Assembly (NCBI GenBank): GCA_951406725.2
Contig: OX597825.1
Span: 14,962,001-15,024,000, forward strand
Origin: Octopus vulgaris
Lineage: Eukaryota
Direction of reading: 5' to 3'
DNA length: 62,000 nucleotides
Shown here: positions 39,691-51,950 of the stretch, piece after piece
Layout: each line of letters starts with the position of its first letter
How positions within the stretch are numbered: position 1 is the stretch's first letter
Made by a program: the position numbers and the translations under genes
Notes under the pieces: generated by a model
What the model saw: only the letters and a program-made list of their open reading frames with translations
Databases searched by the model: none
Told to the model about the DNA's origin: nothing

Positions 39691-40677
39691 TATTTCTGCT
39701 GCTTTTAAATAAAGTATATACCCAAGTATATAGATGCAGTGACTGTTTTAGCAATTAAGCTTCTACTTATTAATAAGTTAGTTCTTCATTTCATTTGACA
39801 TAAATGCATTATCTCCCGGTCAACATCACACCCAGCTCACAGACAGATATTTTCTTATTAAAACAATGTATTCTTAAAACCAATTAGAAATCAAATGCAG
39901 AAGAACATCATTCGGGCCAATTGTAAATTAGAACTGATATGATTGTTTTGCAGTCTATTAGATAGTTTTAATGTACGAAAGTAAGCTAATTATAAGACTA
40001 TTAATATAAAAGAGAAAGTAAGACGGAATGAGTGGTGTACAATGGATATTACTTGCATCATACGTCTTAGTTCTTCCCACTCAAAGCGACAGGAACACAA
40101 GTTACTTTATCTTCTCTTTATGTGGCCAAAAAGACATTCCTATAAACTCATGGATAAGTCTGGTAATTATTCACATTTATTTAAATCAGAATAATGCGAC
40201 CAGAAAAATAATTCCCATCCTTTCTTTCAGTTAACCTCTCATTAAACGCTAGAATTGAAACTTTTCTTTGATAGTTATTTAAGTAGTCTTCTGCAGTCTT
40301 ATATTGAATAAGCAATTATATTAGTTTATTAAAGCTCAAAGAAATCTACCGTGTTCAGTCATACGAACGAAGATGGAATAATCGCATTATTAAGAATTTT
40401 GCTTTTCATGTAATATTTTCGTTTTTTTTATTATTATTATTTATGTTATAGTTACTGGTGACGATAGTAACGTCGCTGTGTTATCGTTCATATCGGGGAC
40501 CATGTTAACAATGTTCTCGTACAATAGTGAACAAAAGTAAACAAGGCATGATCATCACACCCTTTAAGCATCACATCTAGGACCTATTTATCCTATATCT
40601 TAAGACTGTTGAATGTGATGTGAGATGAAAAAAGGGGTTTCTACATCCAACTGATCATGAAACACATTAATATTCCC

Positions 40678-41083
40678 TTATTTCTTTATTTCCCACAAGG
40701 AGCTAAGCGTAGAGGGGACAAACAAGGACAGACCAAGGGATTACATCGACTCCAGTGCGTAACTGGTACTCATTTAATCGACCCCGAAAGGACGAAAGGC
40801 AAAGTCGACCTCGGCGGAATTTGAACTCAGAACGTAGCGGCAAACAAAATACCTATTTCTTTACTACCCACAAGGGATTAAACACAGAAGGGACAAACAA
40901 GGACAGACAAACGGATTAAGTCGATTATATCGACCCCAGTGCGTAAATGGTACTTATTTAATCGACCCCGAAACGAAGAAAGGCAAAGTCGACCTTGGTG
41001 GAATTTGAACTCAGAATGTAACGGCAGACGAAATACGGCTACGCATTTCGACCGGCGTGCTAACGTTTCCGCCAGCTCGCCTT
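40678..41083 (-). mobile_element. Family-B SINE dimer
   Basis: Minus strand: full unit, then AAAGAAATAG|GTATTTTGTTTGCCGCTACG restart at 40852. Confidence 0.9.
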
Positions 41084-41835
41084 AAATATCTCCGTTTGTA
41101 TATTGTGTAAAACTAATATTTTTAATTTTTCACTTGTTCCCTGGTAATATCACTCTATAAACAGAAACTTGCAAGCTTGAATAAATCCTAATTACTCAAT
41201 CCATTTCATTTATAATTCATGTAACATTTCTATTTTCAGTCTTGTAACTTCAACCACTGTAAAATATTCCGCAGCTATATCTAAACCAAATGAATTCCCC
41301 TACTTTCAATGTGTTTTCTTAGTACGTGTATTCAAATAATATGTAGGTGTTACTTTTATATTCAATCGTTTTCTATAAATAAAGGTACAGCTAATGATTT
41401 CCTCACGTAAGCAATTTTACCTACTTCATTATGACTTACGTATGCTTGGAGATTACTGTTTTGCTTCCAAAGTTCTCAGTACCACCATGAATAATTTAGA
41501 GAAAAACATTTATTTTTAGGGTATTTCAAATTAAAATCGGGACTTCAAGAATTTCGACCAGCTATTGAAGAATACGGAGAACACATTGATTATTCGCCTT
41601 ATTTCGCATGTTTCAAGTTCTCTGCATCTATTCTATAGGTATTGCTATTTTCATTAAACTCGTACAAAGCACTGAAGCATTCGCGATGTTGTCATGGGAA
41701 CCATCAAATTAAACTTGTAAGTCACTAATTTTAGAACTGTGCCACGATCTCACAATAAAATGGCAAATCCAGAGCTTAGGAACCCTCAACATTACAAGTG
41801 ATTCGTAAAATTATATATTACATGAAGCAACATGT

Positions 41836-42001
41836 AGGCGCAGGAGTGGCTGTGTGGTAAGTAGATTGCTTACCAACCACATGGTTCCGGGTTCAGTCCC
41901 ACTGCGTGGCATCTTGGGCAAGTGTCTTCTGATATAGCCCCGGGCCGACTAATGCCTTGTGAGTGGATTTGGTAGACGGAAACTGAAAGAAGCCTGTCGT
42001 A

Positions 42002-42077
<76 letters not shown>

Positions 42078-42249
42078 TGTGTCTGTGTTTGTCCCCCTAG
42101 CATTGCTTGACAACCGATGCTGGTGTGTTTACGTCCCCGTCACTTAGTGGTTCGGCAAAAAGAGACCGATAGAATAAGTACTAAAGGCGGTGCTCCAGCA
42201 TGGCCGCAGTCAAATGACTGAAACAAGTAAAAGAGTAAAAGAGTAAAAG
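41836..42249 (+). mobile_element. SINE family A with ~45-bp internal deletion at ACT microhomology
   Basis: AGGCGCAGGAGTGGCTGTGTGGTAAG head. GAATAAGTACT joined to AAAGGCGG. (GAGTAAAA)n tail. Confidence 0.92.
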
Positions 42250-42662
42250 TGTATGTTGAGAATAACCTGACCCAAGATTACTCATTACAATTGTATTAAA
42301 CAAAGAGCTGAATTGTCAACACTGGCAGCCTCTAACGTAGTCAACTCCATTAGATTTTATTTTACCATAATTACACGTAAGGAAAAAATATGTAATTTGC
42401 GGCCCATATTATTCATACATACCAGGACCTTTGTTCCACTAGCTTATTTTCACGAGATAATTTGGTGTGAAAAGAGAACAATCATATTTATTTGATATCG
42501 AAAACATCAAAGTTTATCCGTTTTCCTCTCAAATTCACTTAAAAGTAGATCACTTACATCCGGTTTCAAAGTTACCGAAAATATCTATAACCATCCGGTG
42601 TCTTCATTCATAATCTATGATCGGTTGATGCTGAAGTAATGATAAAAAAGTGATTCAATATA

Positions 42663-42895
42663 TATTTCTTTATTACCCACAAGGGGCTAATCACAGAAGG
42701 GACAAACAGGGTCAGACAAAGAGATTAAGTCGATTACATCGATCCCAGTGCGAAACTGGTACTTTATTTATCGATACCGAAAGGATGAATGGCGAAGTCG
42801 ACCTCGGCGGAATTTGAAATCAGAACGTAACGACAGACGAAATACTGCTAAGCATTTCATCCGGCGAGCTAACGTGTCTGCCACCTCGGCACCTT
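42663..42895 (-). mobile_element. SINE family B
   Basis: Colinear with 5553-5785 in reverse. Confidence 0.88.
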
Positions 42896-43945
42896 AAAGC
42901 GATTTAATATAGTATGTACCAAAAGATGTGGCTTTACTTTCAATTTGCTTCCATTACAGATCCTACAGAAAGGAAGAACGGGCAAAATAATATATAGAAT
43001 AAGTGACCGAAAAAGTTGGTATTGTTAGGGTATCGGAAAAAACTATGCAGAAGTTTCGAGAATTTGATCTACAGTAAGGAAAAGCAAATGATGGTTTGGA
43101 CCTGGTCGCCCCCCTCCCCCAAGGACAGATTTGAACAATTTCTTTCTGGTATTTATGAATTTGGAGACATTTTCAATGTTGTACGTTCAGTCATAAAATA
43201 TCTTTTTCGTCTTGTCACCAAAGCAAACAAATTTACTCAAACCGACAAATGCAAAACATGATATCAAATATTTAAGTACAATATAAAACTTGTCTGAAAC
43301 AAATTCTCGGCAAGATACAATATAACATAAAATGCAATTACGGAAATAAAAAATAAAAACTTTTTTATCAGGCAGGTACCGAGCTATCTGCAGACAGCAG
43401 ACAAACTAAAATATTTCATATTTCATTTAAAACAATATTTGTCAGTTTATTGTCATTTAAATACGAATATAAATGACGTTTCCACAGGTATTACAATTCT
43501 CAGTGTAATTCTTATTGTGCCATAGCAATCTGCCATTCCGCCATATACGCTACATATGAGACGCAAAAATAAACTTCCTGTAAAGAATAACTAACATCAG
43601 TAGATAAAGTGATACGAACAACAATCATCTGATCAAAAGTTTTCCGAACAAATTTTAGAGTCTATGCTATTAAGAGACTTTTATCTATAGATTTATGGTT
43701 TATCTGTCGAAACCGATAGTCGACGCACTATTTGGTTGAGAATATGAAATTACTTCGCCGTTATGTGTTAAATATTTATACCACAATATGGTACTTGGTG
43801 TTAGCTTTGGTGCTTTGTCGCTTATTTTATAAAAATATGTTGGTGTCATTGTATTTGTTTGATTTCCTTTACACGGTGTCATTGAAGTGTTGAATATAAA
43901 GTATGGAACATTGAGAGTACTCATACGGGCATATAAAATACGACG

Positions 43946-44008
43946 ATATATATATATATATATACATATATCTATATATATATACATGTATATATATATG
44001 TACATGTA

Positions 44009-44054
<46 letters not shown>

Positions 44055-44094
44055 ATATATATATATATACATGTATATATATATATACATATAT

Positions 44095-44154
<60 letters not shown>

Positions 44155-44176
44155 GTATATATATAATATATACATG

Positions 44177-44246
<70 letters not shown>

Positions 44247-44248
44247 AT
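43946..44248. repeat. Interrupted (TA)n tract
   Basis: Read directly. Confidence 0.95.
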
Positions 44249-44923
44249 GAGGTGTATTTTTCTCTGTGATTGCCTCAGTGTATGTGTGTAGATAAAGCGA
44301 TAAACATATTTTAGATATAAATACATTTAACCACCACACACGCCTACATATATATACGTAGATAGGGGGGGGGTAACAAATAAATAAAAAAAAAGAGGTG
44401 AGATGTGGATGGAAACGAGGTAAGTGAGGTATAGGGGTTAGAGAGAAAATATGAATATACGAAAATTATTTCAGCTGGACAGACAATGCACGCGAGAGAG
44501 CATAGAGACACAGATGCAGACATGTATGAAAGTTGTCAGGGTAGCAAACAAGTTAATGTATGCAGAATTCTTAACTCATGAATGTTTTATTCGAACGATC
44601 AGCAATCCCATTCCAGTGACGTCTGATGTGTTGAACCACAATATGACCCAGACATTATATTGTAATATAATATTTAATAGTCATATTGTCAGCAAATTGT
44701 CTGTAATGTATTGTTAAAAAGTTGTATCGGAACCGACTAATCTCTGTTTCGATTCTTCTGTGTGGTAGCCTTGAAAATGGTCTTCTTTGTCTCGTCTGCT
44801 TGACTAATGCAGATGGAAACGGTGTGAATATTGACCACTGTCTGCGTGTGAATATACATATGTACATGCATACACACACATATATATAGATAGATATGTG
44901 TGCGTGCATACCTATATGCATAG

Positions 44924-45183
44924 CACCGTGACCGACCAGGCTATCAGATGCTGTTACACATCGCTGGTCACACTGCGCTTCGGATTGTTTTTAGCCTTCA
45001 AAAGAGTGAGAGAAAGTTGTGGCGAAAGAGTACAGCAGGGATCACCACCACCTACTGCTAGAGCCCTATGGAGCTTTAGGTGTTTTCGCTCAATAAACAC
45101 TCACAACACCCTGTCTGGGAATCGAAACCACAATCCTACGACCGTAGGACGGCTGCCCTAACCATTGGGTCATTGCGCCTCCC
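44924..45183 (-). mobile_element. SINE family D with ~45-bp internal deletion
   Basis: Colinear with 46025-46335 but lacks GTGATGCCACCCGCTGGCTAAGCGAGCAGGCCAACAG. Confidence 0.88.
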
Positions 45184-46024
45184 CGTATATTTATATACAC
45201 ATATCTAAATATATATCACTGTTCAATGTTATCTCTACAAATTCTCAATAGGAATTAGAGCCAGCACTGAAAATTAGGACGTGTCCTCTATGAGTACATC
45301 TGTATGAACCATAATATAGATAGAGGTCTAGTCACTGAGTATGTATGCCTATACGAGGATTTGCTACTCCTTCTCAGCACCACATACAACCCATTAACCC
45401 GTCAATGAACACAGTATTCACTTCAAAAGCCTTTAGTAAACTTGGTATTATGGCTGATTAACGAAATATGGTGTTCCTACAAGCTATTGATAAAGTCATA
45501 TATGTATATGCATACAGTTATGTATATATATATATACATATGTGTGTTTGTGTGAGTGTGTACACGAGTGCAGGAATATATATATGCGTATGTATGTGTT
45601 TTTGTGAGTGTGTATTCGGGGTGCTCACACCTGCGTTTGTCTATTTGGCAAATGCTTATCAGCGGGTAGGCCAGAGACCAGATGGCATTCATCGAAAGAA
45701 TTTCAATTCAATATTTCTCCTTTACCGAATTCACATACACATATACCTGTTATATTGCCGCCGGAGCTGGTATGAACAAGTCATTATGGAAAATTGTACT
45801 TACCGACATTAATATTTATCAATTTGATTATGAAATAAATATAACATATAATCTGATTCAGTTAACCTTTTCTCCGTAGATTGCCGAGATACGTTTAAAA
45901 TTAAATCTAATGCAAAAAGGCCGTTTGCAGTTAATCAGAAAACTCACATTTACAAACAACGGTTATTTTACGAAGTAGTGCTTCAAATTATAAATAACAA
46001 TATATATTTCTAATACGTATATAT

Positions 46025-46335
46025 CACCGTGATCACCGTGACCGACCAGGCCATCAGATGTTGTTACACATCGCTGGTCACAATGCGCTTCGCATTGTTT
46101 TAGCCTTCAAGTGATGCCACCCCGCTGGCTAAGCGAGCAGGCCAACAGAAGAAAGAGTGAGAGAAATTTGTGGTGAAAGAGTACAGCAGGGATCGCCACC
46201 ACCCCCTGCCGGAGCTTCGTGGAGCTTTAGGTGTTTTCGCTCAATAAACACTCACAACGCCCGGTCTGGGAATCGAAACCACGATCCTACGACCGCGAGT
46301 CCGCTGCCCTAACCACTAGGCCATTGCGCCTCCAC
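46025..46335 (-). mobile_element. SINE family D, full length with 13-bp TSD
   Basis: A-box TGGCCTAGTGG, B-box GTTTCGATTCC, tail (CACGGTGAT)2. TSD AATACGTATATAT at 46012-46024 and 46336-46348. Confidence 0.93.
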
Positions 46336-46974
46336 AATACGTATATATATTTCTTATAAATAACAATATAATGCATATTTAACCATTAATACGAACAGGA
46401 TTGATTTCATAATTGCAGTTGTTACTTATGCAGGGTCGTAATGTTTATCTTGGCTATGATCCGGACTTTTTGTCCATGTTGCACGATTTTCCGAGTTAGA
46501 CCGTACTTACCGTGCTCTATTCATTCAGAATCCAGTTTGGTTGACAGCTCGTGTTGATTGACTATATGTCACATGGACACGGCTCATAGAGAACTATCTC
46601 GCGGAGATGGCGACTAACTAGGAGTTTGCTCGACTTGTTTCTCGGGAGAACTCGGAAAGATACTCACAAATGTTGAATGCAGCGCGGTATGTGCATCTGA
46701 CCCACACCTAACACGATGGCTATAAATATACTCCTGTACTCAAATCTCAGTTATGCATAGGAGTTTCAATTCCATGAGGACTGCATCCTATAGCACTTCT
46801 TTATGTAGGCAGCACAAAACATAAGGTAGCAGAAATACAGTATGCCGCGTTCCACATTATTCCTTCGATCTGTACGCCGGCGTAGCCATGCAGAACCATT
46901 GATTCCTTATTACTCTTTGAACTTCTACATAAATATTAACCCTGCGCGCGTAAGCGAAGCAGAGTTATTGTACT

Positions 46975-47703
46975 TTTCTACTGTAGGCACTAGGCCCGAA
47001 ATTTGGGGGAGGGGGAGAAGAGTCAATTAGATTGGCCTCAGTACGCAACTGGTACTTACTTTATCGACCCCGAAAGGATGAAAGGCATAGTCGACCTCGG
47101 CGGAATTTGAACTCAGAACGTAAAGACAGGTGAAATACAGCTAAGCATTTCGTCCGGCGTACTAACGTTTCTGCCAGCAGCCGCCTTCAAAACGTAACGG
47201 CAGACGAAATACATATTTCTTTACTACCCACAAGGGGCTAAACACAGAGAGGACAAACAAGGACAGACAAACGGATTGAGTCGATTACATCGACCCCAGT
47301 GCGTAACTGGTACTTAATTTATCGACCCCGAAAGGATGAAAGGCATAGTCGACTTCGGCGGAATTTGAACTGAGAACGTAACGGCAGACGAAATACGGCT
47401 ACGCATTTCGCCCGGCGTGCTAACGATTCTGCCTGCAGCCGCCTTCAATGCGTAACGGCAGACGAAATACATATTTCTTTACTACCCACAAGGGGCTAAA
47501 CACAGAGAGGACAAACAAGGACAGACAAACGGATTGAGTCGATTACATCGACCCCAGTGCGTAACTGGTACTTAATTTATCGACCCCGAAAGGATGAAAG
47601 GCATAGTCGACTTCGGCGGAATTTGAAATCAGAACGTAACGGCAGACGAAATACGGCTACGCATTTCGTCCGGCGTGCTAACGTTTCTGCCAGCTCGCCG
47701 CCT
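46975..47703 (-). mobile_element. Tandem trimer of family-B SINEs (B, B, B'')
   Basis: Two near-identical ~257-bp units (~47190-47447 and 47448-47703) plus a B''-tailed unit (46975-47187). Confidence 0.92.
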
Positions 47704-48454
47704 TATTATCAATCTACTGATTATGCAGTTTCATGTTCTCCAGTTGCCATACAGACAGTCACATCTGAAGTGGCTAAAAATGTAATTGAGTTGCCAAGTA
47801 CTTGATTGTTATTTTAAATTTTAATTCCAAAGATTACAAGCATTTCTTTTCTGAATGGTCTTCTATTAAATACAATATATATTCTGATGCTGCTATTGAG
47901 AATGTCATGAGGAACAAAACAAACTGATCTAAAAAGAAAACTAAGCGTTAAGCCGCTTAACAATACTCTACAAGTGCTAAGCTGATTCTATTCTGTGCAA
48001 CTTGATTCGTTGTGTTGGGAGATTGATATAATGCGAAATGAGATTTAGCTTCTTCAGTTTACATATGTGTTTCGGCAAAATGATAAACCAACATATACAA
48101 TCTTCTATAGTTTACTTGTTAAAATTATTGAACTACGGTCACGCTAGAGCAGAGCATTGATGAGTTCTAGTCGAAATAATTGATAACAGCACATGCACTT
48201 TGGGATTTAGAGAGAGAGGGCGAGAGAAGGAGAGAGCGAGTTTAGCAGAGTTGCCATCCGTCAAATTTATTTAAAATGCATTATCAGCCCAGGTTTATAA
48301 TAGAATATATTCACCCAAGTTGCATTTTGGTTGCAAATGGAACTTGTTAATTTTAAATCTATGTCAAAAGAAACACAATTCCATCATTACTTCTTTGATT
48401 CGGTTTCATGACAAATGAAATACCGTTTTACTGCTCAAAAATGGGACTCTTAAA

Positions 48455-49541
48455 TACGAGGTCTGGCTGGAAAGTCCATAGGCTGACTATGAATGAGTGA
48501 CACAAGAGTTTGAGATTAATTTATACTCTCCTTATTAATAACTCCTGTGTTTCTTTCCAGGTAAAGCGATATCTGAAAGTTGAAAGAAGGCTTCAAATTG
48601 ACTACGTAGCGACTTCTTCTCTTGAAAATGGACAAAGTTTGTCATAATGGTGTAATCAATTACCTACAGAAAAAAGAGTTTAGTCAAAATGACATTCATG
48701 CGGTCATGGCAGCTATATTAGATGATAAACTCGGTTTATCAAAAGAAGAAAAATGGGTAGCTGGATTTTTGTGGCAAGTGGTGAGTAATAAAGATGACCA
48801 TAGGTTTGGACGTTCTCCAATGGCGACTAGTGAAGAAAACATTGACCGTGTTCATCAAATAGTCGGCAGTAACTGGTGATTGACAACAAATCACGTAGCC
48901 AATGCCATTGGCATATCCCGCGAGAGATGTGATAATATTCTATACAATGAACTTAGCATGACGGAGATTTCTGCTCGGTGTGTGAACATCCAACACCTGA
49001 TCACTAGCGCGCCAAGCTATCTGTCCCGCGGGAAAATCTATTCTTTGAGGCTGATCCAGCTGATTTCCTAGAACGTTGTCTGACCCCGAAGGAATGTTGG
49101 GTCTTCGCCGGAGACGAAGAGAAAGCCATGCTTTCGAAAAAAACTCTCCTAGCCCTGTTCCAAAATCACAAGGTCGTTTCATATGCAGGAGGGTTGTTGG
49201 CCTCAATATATTGGGATGAAAAAGGCTTTGCATTTATTGACTATCTTCCAAAGGGCCACACCATCAACGCCAACTTTCTGAGGCTATCATGGCTACTTGC
49301 CCAGGTAAACTGACAAGTCCTTCTTTCATGAGGTCAATGTCCTCGCAAACAGGTCTTTGGTTTCAGAGGCCGTTATGCATGGCCGTCGCTTTGAACTGTT
49401 TAATCGCCGTCCCTATTCTCCTGCAACGCCGATGAAAGAAGTGTGTGGACTCCAAGGTTTGTGTTGAAAAGGAAACCTAATTTGATTACTTCCCCTGAGA
49501 TTATCTTGGTAAGCCTATGAACTTTTCGGCCGACCCTTGTA
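48455..49541 (+). mobile_element. Defective mariner (Tc1/mariner) transposon with TIRs, TA TSD and internal deletion
   Basis: TIRs TACGAGGTCTGGCTGGAAAGTCCATAGGCT and revcomp TACAAGGGTCGGCCGAAAAGTTCATAGGCT (23/30 identical). Broken transposase: MDKVCHNGVINYL..DIH, DDHRFGRSPMATSEENIDRVH, ASIYWDEKGFAFIDYLPKGHTIN, RPYSP. Confidence 0.92.
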
Positions 49542-50161
49542 GTTCAAATTATCTTGGAGCGATCAGATACTTAGATGAGATGCGTGTAAGCTGGAAATCA
49601 CAGGGAAACATCTACTACAAATATCCTTAAGTGTAGAAAATAAATTTCATTATGCTTTTTTTTTATTTTGTACGCAATTTCACATTCTATATCTTTGATT
49701 TAATGATTTAATGATTTAATTCTCCTTCAAAATTTTATAGGTTAAAAATACTAAACTGAATCCTAACATATTCCCCATGTACACAAATATTTTATAACTC
49801 ATTTTCCAGAGTATACATGATACATTAGATTTTATACCGGCAATTTTCTGATTTTTTTATTCGATATATGAAATAAATATGTTTTATCGTTTCATCATGA
49901 ATCCGTAAACAGTTAGCAAAATACAGAAGCAACAATATTTACACGATTCGCACTAAAAATATCAAATGCGTCACTCAGAAATATTGTGTAACATAATCAC
50001 AATGCTTTTGAATATTGATTTCCGAACAGAAATCTACAATATCAACCGAAAGAACCTGCTAAAGAAGTTGTTGTCAACCGGGGACCGTATGTCATTGGGG
50101 GCTCCGTGTAAGATTTCGGTGTTAAAGTTTATGTGCAGTAAACGGGTTATACTTCTACAAT

Positions 50162-50490
50162 GAAGGCGTGTGGCTTAATGGTTAGGTAGGTGCATTTGGC
50201 TCGCGTCGTATGGATGTGAGTTCCATTCCCGACGACGCGCTGAGTCCTTGAGAATGTCATTTTATTTTACGTTGCACCGGTTCATTCAGCTGGCAAAAAT
50301 GGCTAGTATCTGAATTTCGAAGGGCCAGCTACTCACACTCCGTGTCACGCCGAATCTCCCTGAGAATTACGTTACGGGGTACAGGTGTTTCTGGAGCCCT
50401 CAACCACATACACGTTGATTTCACGAGCAGGTTGTTCCGTTGACTGAATCAACTGGAACGCTCGTCGTCGTAACCGATGGAACGTCAGTT
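50162..50490 (+). mobile_element. SINE family C, diverged
   Basis: Colinear with 23966-24288. Possible TSD TTCTACAAT/TTCTACGAT. Confidence 0.85.
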
Positions 50491-50872
50491 AATTCTACGA
50501 TACATGAAATATTTCAACAATTTCTTATACAACTCCTAATAATATTGAAATAAAAATAAATAATAGGACTTTTTTAGACATTGAATCGACATGAGGCCCC
50601 AATAGATTAAAGTAAGAATCAAATAGGTCCATAGGAAAAACATATAGGAACACTACGCAAATATATATATACATTTTATAAGGAAGGATTTCAACATATA
50701 TTCAGTAGAAGGCACACAAGATAGCAATGAAATTGAAATAATAATGTTAGTCCCTATCGTATATTAGTTAATAATAACAAAGGGTAAAATTAATTAATTA
50801 AGGAGTAATCAATAATTTCACCAAGTAGAATTGGGCATGAAAAAAGACCATTTCACGGTAAACTTAAGTAAC

Positions 50873-51142
50873 ACTTTATAATTAGGGTTCAGCAAAGATT
50901 TGCTTTACCACATACCGAAGTTTGGAAATAGCAATCAAAAACCTTAGCTATTTCTTCTACTTTAAAAAGGGACTCCCAGAAAAACCAAAATACCAAAATA
51001 CTTGAAAACATTGTTATCAAGTATTTTAGTTTTTCTGGGAGTCCCTTTTTAAAGTAAAAGAAATAGCTAAGATTTTTTGACTGCTATTTCTAAACTTCGG
51101 TATGTGGTAAAGCAAATATTTGCTGAACCCTAATTATAAAGT
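50873..51142. repeat. Inverted repeat (fold-back), ~130-bp arms, 11-bp centre
   Basis: ACTTTATAATTAGGGTTCAGCAAA...GGGACTCCCAGAAAAAC...CTTGA versus TCAAG...TTTTTCTGGGAGTCCC...TTTGCTGAACCCTAATTATAAAGT. Confidence 0.92.
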
Positions 51143-51674
51143 ATATTAGTTAATAGATAATATATATTATTATTATATATTATTATTATATATTAATTAG
51201 ATAATAATATTAGTCCCTATACATAAAAGTCAACTGAAAAAAGTAACATTTCCCTCAAAGAAGGGCGCATTGGATTCTGCATTATTGGACAGACACGACC
51301 AATGTAGTAAGGTGGCTTCGGTCAGAAACATTTTTATCGTATGTCTTCTTCACCAACTCCCACTTCCGATAAAACAACGAATGATAATGATCCCCTTTTG
51401 ACAAGAACATAGATGATTGATTTACCGTACGAAATATCATTGACAATAACGTTTGCATCTCTCACAAATGCCTTCACCCGCTGTCTTTGTTTAATATTTT
51501 CTAACATATTTGACACACATTATGAGCAATGTTCCGTTCAGCGTGATTTCATCTATTAATATGTATAAAGGTCGACTTCGACAACTGCCTTGGAATTCGA
51601 TAAATTTACATATCAATTTCCTAAAGCAAACACCTATTGAGACTTCGTAAATTCCAGCAAAAGTAGAATTCATA

Positions 51675-51677
51675 TAA

Positions 51678-51728
<51 letters not shown>

Positions 51729-51851
51729 TAATAATAATAATAATAATGATAATAATAATAATAGTAATAATAATAATAATAATACTTATTATTATTATTA
51801 TAATTATTATGATTATTATTATTATTATTATTGTTGTTGTTGTTGCTGCTG

Positions 51852-51937
<86 letters not shown>

Positions 51938-51950
51938 GTTATTATTATTT
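51675..51950. repeat. (TAA)n followed by (TTA)n; the right half is the LINE tail
   Basis: Strand polarity switches near 51785. Confidence 0.93.

Larger units (their letters stand above)
39355..39713. mobile_element. Inverted pair of PLE-terminus-like repeats (arms 39437-39507 and 39635-39706)
   Basis: About 70-bp inverted arms, each with a hammerhead-like fold. AATAAA at 39708-39713 follows the + arm. Confidence 0.8.

Noticed and set aside
40028-40234. Signal-peptide-like small ORF MSGVQWILLASYVLVLPTQS
   Set aside because: No donor site, no cleavage-motif pattern and no promoter evidence. Hydrophobic ORFs are common in AT-rich DNA.
41520-41638. + strand exon-like GYFKLKSGLQEFRPAIEEYGEHIDYSPY
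   Set aside because: All three frames hit a stop by the donor, and no homology was recognised.
43680-43725. GTCGAAACCGATAGTC, hammerhead-like 3' half
   Set aside because: At least three core mismatches.
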